Assembly (NCBI GenBank): GCA_023213395.1
Contig: CM041465.1
Span: 198,407,741-198,471,740 of the forward strand
Direction of reading: 5' to 3'
Length of the DNA: 64,000 nucleotides
DNA from: Cycas panzhihuaensis
Lineage: Eukaryota > Plantae > Cycadophyta
The first letter of the stretch is position 1. Each line of letters opens with the position of its first letter. The notes below the pieces were generated by a model, which was given only the letters and a program-made list of their open reading frames with translations, ran no database searches and was not told where the DNA came from. Below, one piece after another: positions 24,145-38,299 of this stretch. Both the position numbers and the translations under genes were made by a program.

Positions 24145-25727
24145 ACTCTGTCATTTAACCCTACCTTTATAAAGCAAAGTAATAGACTTAAATGCTCTTA
24201 TGATGTTATTCATATTGAGAAATGATTATTTATTGGTAAATAGTTACCTTAACATATCTAGAGCCAATGCATTTACTTGTTAACTAGCCTTTAACTATAA
24301 TACAAAAGGTGCAATAAGTCAAAGAAAAATTAGCGAGAGAAGAAGATTTACTTTTAAAAACACAAGTTCATAGATATTTTATATACTGTCTTATCTCTCA
24401 CGAACATGAAATAGTAACAAAATGGCTTACTCTAATAGTAATTTGTAATGTTTTTTAAGACTAATTGAGCTTATAAAACATATGCAATTAAGCCATATGA
24501 TTAATGAGCAATATAACATGCTAACAATATGAAGGGAAATATCATTTGTGCTTTCTATGTGAAATAAAAAAGTCAGTAATAATTCTTACAATAGTATCTA
24601 TGTATATTACAACTTTTAGAAGAGCAATTATTTATTATTTAATTTTTTATTGTGTAATAACATAAAAGAAAGGGATGTAAAATGGAATAAAAGCATTTGT
24701 CTTTTAATGTAAAAAATATAGATTACTAAAAGGGATTTACCACCTAAGGAACTAGAAATTATTGTTAAGAATATACCCATATGCTAAGGCATATAAAATG
24801 AACTTAGAAAAATAGTTTGATAGCTTTAAACATTGACCTATAGGTCATAACACACGAGTTAGAAACCTATCAAACATTTCCTTAATAATGCAATAAGCTC
24901 TAAACAATTAATATTTAATTAATTGGGAGCAGTCAACTCTATCATTTAAACATACCTTTATCAAGCAAAGTAATAGAATTGAACGATCTTATAATGTTAT
25001 CCATATTAAGAAATGATTTTATATTGGTAAATAGTTACCTTAACATATTTAAATCCAACACGTTTACTCTTAAACTAGCCTTTAACTATAGTATAAAAGA
25101 AGGCAATAAGCCAAAGAAAAAATTAGTAAGAGGAGAAGATTCATTTAGGTAAAAACAAGTTCATAGAGATTTTATATAATGACTTGTCTCGCATAAACAT
25201 AAAATAGTAACAAAATGGCTTACACTAACAGTAATTTGTAATGTTCTTTAAGACTAGTTGAGCTTACAAAACATATGCAATTGAGCCATAGGAATGATGA
25301 GCAATATGACATGCTAATAATATGCAGGTAAATATCATGTGTGCTTTCTAACTGAAATTAAAAAGTCTATAATAATTCTTACAATAATATCTATGCACAT
25401 TACATCTTATAAAAGAGTAATTACTTATCATTTGTTTTTTTATTATCTAAGAACATAAAAGAAAGGGATGTAAAATGGAATAAAAACATTTGTCTCTCAA
25501 TGGTAAAAATATAGACTACTCAAAAGGGATTTTCCACTCAACAAACTAGAAATTATCCTTGAGAATTTGACCCTATGCAAAGGCACATAAAATGAACTTA
25601 GAATAATAGTTTAATGGCTTTAAGCTTTGATTTATAAGTTATAACACACAAGCTACAAACCTATCAAACATCACCCTAATAATGTAATAAGATCTAAACA
25701 ATTAATATTTAATTAATTGGGAAGTCA
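24145..25727. repeat. Two-copy tandem repeat, ~791-bp unit (copy A)
   Basis: Units start 'actct.tcattta..c.taccttta' at 24145 and 24936 and align over their full length. Confidence 0.92.
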
Positions 25728-26523
25728 ACACTATAATTTATACACATACTATTAAGTAACCTCCTAAGGTTAGTGGCACGTAAGCATTTGACCGCATGGT
25801 TAAGGTGGAAATGGTTAATGTTAATTACTAATTTGTGTTTGTAGGCCATATATCTCTACCAATGAGATTAAAAGCCGCATGGTTCACTAATAAGTTTCTA
25901 GAAAAAGTGGTCACTTTCATCTACTTATGGCCAAACATTTATAAAGAGATCTCTTATATCATAATCTTGTCTTGTTTGATTGTACTCATATACATATTAT
26001 CTATTGGTGTTTTTAAAGCTTCATTGCACTTTTCTCTTATATATTTTATGTAATATAATCTAATGAAGTGTTAATAAAGATCTATTATGCTCTCTTATCT
26101 TTCATAAGCTTCTATTAGTGTAAAAATTAGTAGTCAAATTCAGATTAAGTAGTAATAGAGCAAGGTTTAGAGATCCGTGGGAGTATTCAAGTTGTAAAAA
26201 GTAGTTTATTTTGTTTCCTTGGTGATTTTTTAAACCTTTCCTTACAAGTAATTTCATTTTAAAGTCCTATCCAATTTTGCTACTTTGTGTTGTTCAACTA
26301 TAAGTGGAAAGTATAGCCCAAATCCTTAGTCTTAGTTTCCTTTCCTTACGCCTGTATAGACCCTATGCTATGAAATGGGAGATGTCTACTTGCTTTCAGA
26401 TAATGTTCGAGGCTTATGAACACCCAGAAGACATTCAATTAATAAACACATGAAATAATTAAATTCCTCATAAATTCTCCAAAATATAACTTGCATTAAC
26501 TCATAATATAAAAGTATATTGCA

Positions 26524-29500
26524 TGATAAAAGATTACATAGAAGAAATCCTTCCATAAAGAACGAAAGAGATTATTATAATGCATATTAAGAATATTAAA
26601 TGTAAGATCATATAAGGTGATAGTCAGTACCTTACATGATTAAATCAACTTTAGAGTAATTAAATATTAAGAGCAGATAAACCCCCATGCACCTAGGTTC
26701 ACAACATAAAGTTGTGACTTAACGCTTTTATGATAAAGAAGCACTCAATACAAATTGTGTACAAATATTACATCAATATAATATAATAGATCCTTGATGA
26801 ATTAATGAAGTCTATCATTAATTCTTCTATCACCCTTCCTTAATGATGATTTCATTAATTTTGACACGAAGTCTAAGCTAAAAACTTTTAAATTTATCGC
26901 AAAAGAGTATCTTTGTGAAGATATCTATAATTTGATCATTGGTATGCTTATAAATAAAATCTATCTCACCATTCTATACATGCTCCTTGATGAAGTGATG
27001 ATTAAACTTGATGTGTTTAGTTATAACATGGAACATACGATTCTTGGTCAATTTGAGAACACCTTGATTGTTACAAAATAATGATATAGCTTACCTCTGA
27101 CTAATCCTAAGCTCTTTTAAAATCTTCCTAAGCTAGATAGCATCAATAATTGCACTAATGGTGGCATTATACTCAACTTTAGTTGAACATAGAGTGACAT
27201 TAGGCTACTTTTTATAATATCATGAAATTAAAGTAGAGCCCAGGTTAAAATAGTAGCATGAGGTTGATTACTAGCTATCTTCGCATCTAGCCCACTTTGC
27301 ACCAGTGTAACCTATTAACAAAAGAATTTCCACATGACAGTAATCAAGTTTAGACTGAAAAGTATCTTAAAGATATCTTAGAATGCTCATTACTACTTTC
27401 TAATATGAAATCTTGGGTTATGTCATGAACCTAAAATAAATTCCAATGGCATAGGTAGTATTAGGTTGAATATGAGTAAGGTAAATTAATTTTCTCACAA
27501 GTTGCCTATACAATATAGGATCTGTAGGTTTTTCACAGTCATCAATCGCCAAATTTAGACTTGTCTCTATATGAGTTAGCAATGGCTTACATTTATCTAT
27601 CCTAAATTTTAAAGAATTTCCTTTCTATATTTTGATTGTGAACAGAAATAAATGGCTCAACTCCTACTAAACTTCCATTTTAAGAAAATAATAAAGTAAC
27701 TCAAGCCTAGTCCTCTCCAAGTTATAATTCAAATCTCCTTGGAGATGTGTTATCCACTTTGTGTAATTATCAATTATCAATAAATCATCAATATAAAGTA
27801 TAAACAAAATGATCAAACCATTATGGATTCTGATATATAGATTTAGATTTGAAGATGAGCGAATGAGTCCATGTTTTTTAAAGTATTCATCAATCTTTGT
27901 ATAGCAAACATGAGGTGATTACTTAAGGTAATACAATATCTTTTTCAATTTGTAAACTAAATGTTCTTTTCTATGAACAATAAAGCTAGGAGGCTAATTT
28001 ATGTATATTTCCTCCTACAAGTCACCATTTAAGAAGGTACTTTTCATATCCATATGGTAAACATGCCTATTGAAATAAGTTGCAAGTACCAAAACAAGCC
28101 TTATAGTGGTCATCTTGGCAATTGGTGCAAATGTGTCGTCATAATCAATGCCTTCAACCTGTTTGAAACCTTTTGCAATCAAGCATACTTTATGTCATTA
28201 AATAGAACCATTTGCATGAAATGTTATTTTATAAATCTGTCTACAATTAATTGGTTTCTTCTCTTCAAGCAACTCAACAAGTACCTAAGTATCATTTTGT
28301 AGGATAGAATCCATTTCTTTAGTCACAATTGTTTGCCATTTTAGATCTCCAATAAATTCCTTAAAAGTAGATGGTTCGGGAAGTAATAACATTTCTGCAA
28401 TTAAGGTAAAGTTAACGGATGAATTATATTTTGATTATCTCTTTCCTAATTATGGTGGTAAAGGAGCAAAAGATATTGTCTATATATACTATTTGGTCAA
28501 CTACTTTGAAGTAGGCTCATCCTAAATATCCCTCAAAGGATTAATAGATGTAAATATGGATGTAGAGGTAAGCGGTGTAGATGATATACTAGGAGTGTAT
28601 GTTAATGTAGAAGGCATATGTTTTGTAAGAATATTTTGTGGAGTAAGAGGAGCAATAATTTTATTAGACTGATCATCAAATAATGAAATCTATATGATAT
28701 CCAAATCTTGGTTCTCTTCTGAGAAACTAATATGCTGAGATATATGCATTTTCTTTGTGGTGGGATCATATAATTTATACAATTTACAAATGGATTGATA
28801 ACTAATAAAGATTTATTTCCTACTCTTATTATCTAATGCTTTTCTTTGTTTTTTGGTACGAGCATGTATGCTATATGACCAAAAGTACATAAATGTAAGA
28901 TCGTAGATTTTTAACTTGACTAGGCCTCCTCAAGAGTAATGTTCAATATTGCCTTGGTTTAACTTCTATTTATGAGATATACTATTGTATGAAGAGCTTC
29001 AACCCATAATTAAAGTCCTAAATTCTTGGCAACAAGCATGGTTTTCCCTTTGCTAACCAAGGTTTAATTCATTCTTTTAGTAACTCTATTTTGTCGAGGG
29101 GTGTATGTGGCAAAAAATTATTATTTAATACTATTATCCTTACAGAATTAGATAAACTCATTTGATGTGTTTTCACGTCCATTATCACAATAAAGGATTT
29201 TTAGTGGATTTCTATATTCAAGTTTAATCCCATGCTTAAACTCTTTAAATTTATCAAAGAGTTTTGATTTCTACTTTAGGAAATATACCCACACTTTTCT
29301 ACAGTAGTCAAAAATAAATATAATAACATAACACCAGCCTCCAAAGAATGCTTGAGATATGGGCCCACAAATATCTCAATGTACTAGGCCTAAAGGTTCC
29401 TTTATATACTAGGCTCTTACATCTCACCTAAAATGAACCTAATGATGTTTGCCCATAACACAAGACTGACATATATATTTAGTCTACTTTATATTTGGTA

Positions 29501-31170
29501 TATAATGCACCATATTTAATTTAAAAAGTAGATGAAGGTTTTTCATATTTAAATGATCTGGGCATTGATGCCATAATTGGTCTTTTAGAACTTTAGGTGA
29601 AACATATGACTTTGAAGTAAATTAATCATCTAAATCTAATGTTGAAGTAGAAGGATTAGAAGTTGAAGCTAAATTGCTATAAGAACCAAATTCATATGAC
29701 TTGATCAATGGTCTAGTTATAACATTAAGATTATATGGTCCCTAATCTTCATATCCTGATACAATTAAGTTACAATTCAAATCTATAATCAGGAATTTTC
29801 CAAAATAGCTAAATAAAACATCAAAGTTTTATTTATTTATTTAGCTAACTAATAACAAGTTATGTATCAAGTGAGGTACATATAAACATTATTAAGTTGA
29901 TGTAGAGTATCCGAATTCTTAAATGAGATAGGTACATTGCTAATCTTGGTAACTTTTAGAGTACTATCTTCTCCAAAAGTGGTATATTAATCCTAAATTA
30001 GTCTTATATCAACGATAAGTTCTTCTAAACCAATCATATATTGTGAGGCTATTGAATCGATCAACTAGGAAATGTTAGAATGATGAGTTAGTAAAGTAGC
30101 GAAGAAAAGATTTTGAGAGTTGGCCATGTGGCCTCCTTGATTATATCTTTAGTTACAATTCCTATTTTGTTGGTTGCTCTAAGGAGCATTCTAATTTTAT
30201 CTCCTGGTCCCCGTAATTTTGCTAATTTTATCTTTGTGGCCCCTAATAATTTTTACATACATTATTTTAATCACCCTAAATAGTAGGGTGATTTAGAAAC
30301 TATTGTTCTATAAGGTCAACTCTCTTTTTTGTACAAAGTTGAAGTGCTATATGTCTACGCTTTTCCATAACAAAGGACAAACAACTTAAGGATTATAAGG
30401 TGGTTGAAGTTGATGTGGATGATATAACTATTGATTAGTCTACCAATTTAAATTTAATTAACTAAATTGATGTGTTGAATATGGACATTATGGTCTTTCT
30501 CTATGTCAAGCTACAAATATTGGTGAGGAAGAGGAAGCACCTATATTCCCTAAATAATTTAAAATACATTATTCTTAGATTAGTAGATCCTCAAATATGT
30601 TATAATTAATAGGCGCAAGTCAATCTATATATAATAGATTAGATATGAAGATATTATAACCAAGTTGTAAGACATTGATAATACAAGATATGAGATCATT
30701 ATCATATGGTAGCTAATTCGTCACTATCAACTAGTTCTTAATCACCTTAATCTGGGATAAGTAAGTCACTATAGATCCTATAAAAAGAATAGAGTAAAGC
30801 TAGGTTTTGAGCATCTTTGCCCTAGTAATATCCTTCCTCTAATAGAGTGTATATATGATATTCCAAGTAATTAGAGAGGTAGGGGCAAGTTTAATGCTTT
30901 AGTTGACATTATCTTCACGTGACAAGTACAAGAAAGAAATGGCAACTTTATCAAACTCTTCAAAGGTAGCTCTAGTATCAGATCAAGAGGAATGATGTTC
31001 TTAAAATCATTAGGTTATTGAATGGGAACTAGATTAAGAAATTTTCCATAAACAGAAGGCAAAAGTTTATTTATTATTAATTTATTCTCAATATATATTT
31101 TCCAAACCAAGAAATTATCATTGCCAAAAAGTTTAATAGTATTAGTTGTAATCATTTGAAGCACCATGAT
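26524..31170 (-). mobile_element. Degenerate Ty1/copia (gag-PR-INT-RT-RNase H plus 3' LTR 26524-26832), copy A
   Basis: Minus-strand gag start IKLFGNDNFLVWK ~31100-31168, integrase, RT (IDYDDTFAPIA ~28115-28150) and RNase H KHIK.NHHFI ~27000. PPT rc 'ttaaggaaggg' abuts an LTR with TGATA.AAG/CTTCTATCA ends. No matching 5' LTR found. Confidence 0.88.
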
Positions 31171-32601
31171 GTTTGATATGTATCCTATCTAGCTAAAAGA
31201 ATATGTTAATCTAGGATATATATCTCAATGTCTATAATCATAAGAGCTTCTTGCGGTTTAGATGGTTCTATCTAATGGCATACTTACTCACAAGTGATAA
31301 CTCAAGGACCCAATATTCTTGAAGGTACATAAGTACTATAAAAGGATTAGCCACCTCTCTAACACTGTTGACCCACCTACACTAGATTTATAACCTGAAT
31401 AATAGATCCTCATTTAAAGACACACTTATAGCCAAGGTACTCACCCCCTCCAGGTTTAACCTAGTCTAAGAACTCTAAGGTTTTGGATATAACACCTTAG
31501 CCTTCCACTCAATATACTTGATAACTAATGGGTTTCCCTAATATTCATAAAATTTGACAAAGACCATTAGTGTATATAGAGTGGTAACTTTAGAGATCCT
31601 AGTCATTCCCCTTACAAGTTTAATAATCAAATAGTTTAATTAGGTATTATCTTTTTTAATATTTTTTGTTAATTTTTAAAAGATTTTATAATTAAAAAAA
31701 TAAATTTTATGCTTTAAGTAGTAAACATAGAAGAAATCCCTAAAAACTAAAATTTACCTAAAATAGATTAAAAATAGGCCTTAAAAAGCTTTTAAAATGA
31801 TTAAAAAGCAAGATTAAATTAGGGACACTTATCAAATATGGAATGCATTATGAATATACTAATCTAAATAACCTAAAGTTTTTAAACGCTATAAATAAAA
31901 TAAAATAAATGATGGTCTTTTAAAAGGATGATGATAAAGTTTAGATACTAGCAATTAGTTCTTTCTATAGAAGCTATGAAATCTCATTCTATCTTCTCCA
32001 TTATAAAGATGACATTTCCAAGGTCATAATGAATAATCATATAGTATAGTTTTAGTAGTCTAATAATGATCATGACTTAGATGGAATTAATAACTCTGTC
32101 TAAATCTATAATTTAAAGAAGATCGATCAAATTTAAGTGATAATAATCTTTGTTTGCTTTTCTATTATCTCTAAATCTTTTACACCCAGCTTTAATCACC
32201 AAACAACCATAAAAATGTCTAAGATTATAGTCCACCACACAAAATGTAGTATGTAGAAATCACTGTTATGTAGATGACGATGTTGTAGAGATCTAGAGAA
32301 GAGCACTAGAGGTTAAATGATCCAATAACCACAAAAGTAACATGACATCAATGACACATCCTATGTAGAGGAACACAAAGCTCATATAAGGAGAGAATAA
32401 TTGAGTGCATAAGGCCATGAATAATAGATAATAGCCATATAGGGATAAATAACAAATAAGCCAATAGATGTAGAGACACAAAAAAATATGCAAGGATGTG
32501 AGGATGTTTCACAAAGATTGTTATAATAGCAGTTATGCAAACGATAATCATACAAGTGAGAGAGGTAAGCCCAAACAAAGATGCAAATGGGAACCACAAA
32601 C

Positions 32602-32926
32602 TGAAAGAGGTTAATGTATCAAGGTCATTTATGTAGATTAATTACATGACCTTAAGATATATTGATTAACATTAGTCTCTTAATGAAATGCACTTTATGT
32701 GCATTTAGATGTAATTTCATGTTCATTTCATTAAACAAGAAAATCCTAACCCTAATACTCACCCTCAATAATAAAAGGTGAAATCTCAATGAAGGAGTAA
32801 TTATTCATTCTCACCTCCAAGATTGCTCTCATATCTGGTTTTATTTCTTTTTCATTCTCCATTGCCATTGTATACATGTGAGTGATTTATTACTAAGATC
32901 CATCATTTCTTCATGTGGTATCAGAG
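32602..32926 (+). repeat. 5' LTR (312 bp) plus tRNA-iMet primer-binding site
   Basis: TGAAAG...CTTCA followed by tg-TGGTATCAGAG; homologous to 2811-3122. Confidence 0.93.
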
Positions 32927-35900
32927 TTAGAAGGGGATCTATTCACTCCATTGCACTTGAGTGGAGTCATTTTACATCTCTTTCACCTTCAATGAGAAGT
33001 ATTGAGAGTGCATTCATCATTTTTTAATATTTTAAGAGCTTAAAATTATAGTACTTTATATGTTACTATTTTTTATATGTGTGCAAAAATTTAGAGGTGA
33101 AGAATATAGGTTTTTGAAGCCGTTCAACTACCGGAACAGTCCCAAAAGTATTAAAGGCCTATAATTTCATAAAAAAAAATTGACCACGTCAGAATTTGAT
33201 AAAATTTGGCACACAAGGTCGCCTTGACTAGAGGATCAATTTTGTCTTCTAGAGCAACTTTAGATTCAGCTTGTAATAATGAGTTTTGGCTGTGACAAAA
33301 GGGTAAAATTTGTAGATAAGTAATTTAAGGTACTTTTCCCAATGAAATCATTTAATTATTAGCTAAAAATCTAAAAGATTTATTAAGGGATCTGGTAGAT
33401 TTACGTCTTAGGATCAGTTTAAGATAAATCTCATCAAATTTCATCTACTGGTTAGTGATATCTATGGAGTTTTCTCATGGTTCCTAATTTTGCCTCATAA
33501 GGGAATTTTAAGTAGTTTTTGGTAGATTTTGAAGATGGTGCGTATGAAAGTTAATATACATGTCAAAACATAACTTTTGACATATTGAAGTTCGATTTTG
33601 AGACAAGAGATCTCAGAGATTTTACTTTTGTGCTTTTTCGTAGAAAGTTTTTATACCTTTCCGTAAACCTAACTTCACAACTCTATTATAAATTTAGATT
33701 TCATCATTTAGGTTTTCATATTTGTAATTTTTAGAAAAATTACTCGCTTATCATTATTTATAAGTCTTTTAAAATATCACAAAATATAGCAAAATAACAT
33801 ACATATAAATTTAGAAAATTTAACCTTTTAGCAGTAAGTTGATTTGGTTTTTAGCCCATTGTGGCTTTTGTATCAAAACATCCAAAAACATATTTAGAAA
33901 CATTTTACTAAAGCAAGGGAAACCTTGATCGAAGCAACATCTGGTTCCCCTGTTAAATCTAGCATGTTTTTTCTCTTTGTACGCATAGCATAAACCATCA
34001 TATAAAGTAGTAATAACAATAAAGCAAACATGAAAAGCAAACAAGCACATTTGGCAACTCTCTATTTCAGTTTTCAGTTATATGAAAATATCTTACACTA
34101 TTTCTAAAATGAATCTCATTTGTATGATCTATACTGTCAATTCTTGACTTGTGCGCACACTCTTCTTGGTCGAAATAGAACAAGGTTGGCTGAAGTCTAG
34201 GCCCTAAGGGAGGTGTGAATTTCATACTGAGTCTGGTCTTAACCTGAATAGTGGTGGATGGACAGGTTAGCCATACCTACAACCTCTAATTAGGGATAAT
34301 CCTTATAACCACCCTAGAAAACTGAAAACTTTAATGCAAGATTAAAATTAATCTGGTCTAATATCCATCATAGCCGTGGGATATGCACTACTATTTGACT
34401 CTTTGGAGGAGGTATATAGCTGCTCATTGGTGAACTGGATGAGGACTGGGAGTACCTGGGCTCCATTGTGACTTAGATTTTATCACCAAGTGCAAGTGCA
34501 GGTATTGTAGGTGAAGGCCTTAATCGTATACTAGAAGCCTTAGGCATTGAAACCTCACATACATTTAGACATAAGTGAGAGGTTAGTGGCATGACACATC
34601 ACCACTCTTTGTTAGCTCTATATTATGCCTTATTCTTATATCATTGCTTATATTCATTTTATTTTTCATAGTTCTTGAAAAATAATTAATCATTGCTTGC
34701 TTCTCATCATAATCATTCATTTCTACATCCTTATTGTGCCAGGTGTTTTAGCCACACGTATCAGTAGCACATACTTCTATCATCTCTTCTATTTCATCAT
34801 CACCATGCCATCTTAATTCAAGCAGAATGTTAACTATATATTGAAAGACAAAGAAAATTAGGATTTATGGTACATTAGAGTTAAAAATGCTATAAAGTAT
34901 GAAGGCCTTTAGAGAGCCTATTTACAGCCTATACCTAGCATACTAGCAAGAACTATAACAACCGCTTCCAGTGAATCCTCCCCAGTAGCTCCTACAGATG
35001 TTGCAGCCAAACTACAATGGAAGATAGATTATGAAAAGATTTATGCTCGAAGGTTCTTAAAGTTCTCAAGAAGAACTTTGATACCAAATCAGATTCAGAA
35101 TTTATTCATCTTATTCTAAAAATGAACAAATTAAAAATGCGTATATGCTCATCAGATAATAAATCTCCTTCGACCAATCAAACAGGCAATTCATAAAGAT
35201 TTTAAGACTCAATGTATCACTTGGGCATTCTTGATCCAGTCATATCTATATATTCCTGATTATTAAAACTTATTTGAAAGTCTTCAATCTAATGGAACAT
35301 TGAAGACACTCAGCTTTGAAGTACTTGCTGATAAATTCATAGAATTTAACAAGACCTTTGATACGAACTTTGTAGCCTCTGACTCTCTTTCAAATACAGC
35401 CTTTGAGGTAGAAGAAGAAGTTTGCTACACAAGAAATTAAGGTCTCTCTCATGGTAGAGAAAATAACCAAGCAAGAGGAAGATGAAGAAATATAGGAAAT
35501 TATCCACAAGGTCAACCAAACCCTGAGTCACAATCTCAACAGTTTCAAGGCCAAGGGCCACCTCAACAAAGAGCAAGATAGTCAGGCCAAACCAAGACTC
35601 TTCGTGGGACTAGTAATCAAACTATTATGTGTGATCAGTGTAACTGTAAAGGGCGCTTAGCAAAAGACTGTAAAACTACCACTTATATGTTGGCTAAGTT
35701 ACAACTAAAATATGGAGCTCACAATGTTTAAGAAAGTTATGAAGAATCCTTTAGTGGTGTAGGTTTTGTACAAACACACGTTCAAAGAATTGAGGGATTT
35801 TCAGCATCAAATACCATTAACCAACCAAAGAGATACTTTGAAGCTCAATGTGGATATATCACTTGTGAATTCTCTTTACCAATGCCAAGGCCTATTGGAA

Positions 35901-38295
35901 TTGCCAATAGTGTGGCTTCAATCGATGGACAGTGGATCATGGACACAGGAGCAACTCAATATATGACATGTAATCGCAGTCTATATCAGACATTTAACTC
36001 AAATATTTAAGAAATTATTCACGTGGCTGATAAATCACAACAACCTATTGAAGGAATTGGTAACGTTCACTTAAAACTCCCAGGCTTAGAAGAATTTACA
36101 TTGCTTGATGTCTTATACATACCCAATCTTAAATAAAACCTACTATTCTTATCCACACTTGTCTCTCATGGATTTGATCTGAGTGTAACCGCAAATGACC
36201 AGACTCTCTAGGTCATTTACCCTCCAACTAATCAGGTGGTTTTGACTGGATATCTCTCTAGCAAACTCTTTCGACTGAATGGATCTCCATCTTCTGAAGC
36301 CCATTGTGCCTAAAGCCCTTGTGCCAATGAAGAATTTACATTTAATTCCATCTTGAATCATTCAACGTTATCACCATAAGCTCTTTGGCATACTCGTATG
36401 GGCCATGTTCACATTGATAGACTTAGAGATCTTTCTAACACTCTTCCAAATCTTCCAAAGTTCTCCTCTAAGCCCTTTAAATATGAAGCTTCTATCATTG
36501 CCAAATCTCATAGACAACCCTTTCCCAAAAGTCAGTAGAAATTGAGCCATCCATTACAATTGGTACACTCTTATTTGTGCGGGCTAATGCCCATTCCTTC
36601 ACTAAAGGGTAAGTTATATTATATCTCCTTCATTGATGATTTCACTAAAAAAGTATGGGTAGCTTTTCTACATAAGAAAGATGAAGCCTTTCGTATATTC
36701 AAAGAATACAAATCCCTCACTGAAAAGGAGTCAGGTTATTAACTCAAATGTCTTTGAACTGATAATGGTGGCAAATATACCTCACATGAGTTTGAAAGCT
36801 ACCTTCGAGATAATGGCATAAAGCATGAAACAACAGTAGCAGGTACACCATAGCAAAATAGAGTTGCCGAGTATATGAATAGGAGAATCATAAACATGGC
36901 TCGGGCTATGTTGATATACAAAAATGTACCTGCCTACCTATGGGTCAAGCTATCTAAATAATCGCTTATTATATCAATGTTGTTAACCCATCAAAAGTAG
37001 TACAATCACCTAATGAAAAGTGGTCAGGACAAGCCCCCATTGTTCACTACAAAATTTTTGGCTCTATATGCTATGCCCACATTCTGGATGTAGATCGAAA
37101 TAAACTACAACCAAGGGCACTTAAAGGTATCTTTGTTGGATACCCTATGGATAAGAAAGGGTATAAGGTTTTTATACCTTCACAAGGAAAAATCATTGTT
37201 ACCAGAGGTGTTGTTTTTGTAGAGATAGAAGATCAATTACTTAAACTGGACTTTAAAGTACCCTCATGGCACTATAATCATGTTATCAAGTATAATGTTC
37301 AGATTTCAAAATTTAGGATGACGGATAGACATAAATTACTCCAAATATTGGAAGCTGACAATAGAGCCTCAGAGGATATAAGTTGTGACTCTAAACCGAT
37401 TAGTACACATCTAGCACCATCTTTTGAAGATAGTAAAGTTAACAAAGGTAAAACCATTATAAAAGAACCATCATCTCCACCTTCAGTCGATAAAGATAAA
37501 ACATTGGTGGAAGGACCATTTTCCTTAGGCACATCAACATCCTCCTCACAAAATAATCATTTCAATGAACAAGATGAGAATCAAGAAGTTGAGAAAATGA
37601 GGACCACATTCCCAAATCAAGGATCTCAAGAAGCCTGCCAACTTAATAAAGATATATGATTAGATTATGTGGGAAAAACTGGCACTCAAAGTGCCCACAG
37701 CAAAAGGATGTAAGAATCATTATATATTAAGCTTGAACAGGTAGAACTATACCTTACTCTTAATGAAGAGCCCCTAATGTACCAAGAAGCAATGTAATAA
37801 ACGAATAGTACCAATCTCTTATCAACAATGATACATGGCAGCTTGTTAATCTACCTCTTGGCGGAAAGGTAATTCAAAATAAATGAGTCTTCAAAAGTAA
37901 ATATAGATCAGACGGCACACTGAAAAATGCAAGGCGAGATTGGTAGCTAAAGGATTTACACAAAGGGAAAGCATTGACTATACTGAAGTATTTGCACCTA
38001 CAACCAAGTAGCCTACAATTAGAACTCTTATGGCCTTGCGTCAACAGTGGTTGGAAAATCCACCAACTCGATATTAAGACCGCTTTCAAGAGAGATCTTG
38101 AAGAAGAAATTTACATGGCTCAGCCAGAAGGATATGAGATTGAAGGTCAAGAGCATAAGGTTTGCAGGCTCAGAAAGTCCTTATACAGCCTTAAACAAGT
38201 CACTCATTCTTGGTTTACCAAGTTGTCTGAAAGAATTAGGCAACTTGGATATGAGGTTTGTGACTACCAAGATATTGATACAACATTGTTCATTA
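32602..38295 (+). mobile_element. Ty1/copia, same family as 1-3122: 5' LTR, PBS, ~1.9-kb leader, gag-PR-INT-RT; 3'-truncated within RT
   Basis: LTR 32602-32913, PBS TGGTATCAGAG 32916-32926, gag ATG ~34805. Zn knuckle CDQCNCKG(R)LAKDC ~35631, protease WIMDTGATQYMT ~35934, LWHTRMGH ~36384, integrase LQLVHS.LCG...FIDDF. 36952-38295 aligns with 1-1375. Confidence 0.95.
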
Positions 38296-38299
38296 TTTT

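Larger units (their letters stand above)
6833..32340 (+). repeat. Segmental duplication copy A
   Basis: Collinear homology with 40485-64000. Anchors: 6870/40520, 9629/43296, 20996/54472, 24145/57421, 26524/59808, 32292/63961. Confidence 0.95.

Noticed and set aside
31940-31952. Decayed PBS-like 'gtttagatacta' as the 5' end of the 26524-31170 copia
   Set aside because: Four mismatches to the PBS, and the adjacent sequence does not match the 26524-26832 LTR.
32293-32599. Three overlapping hydrophobic minus-strand ORFs
   Set aside because: Non-ATG starts and no family motif; they arise from purine/pyrimidine strand skew, probably TE non-coding sequence.
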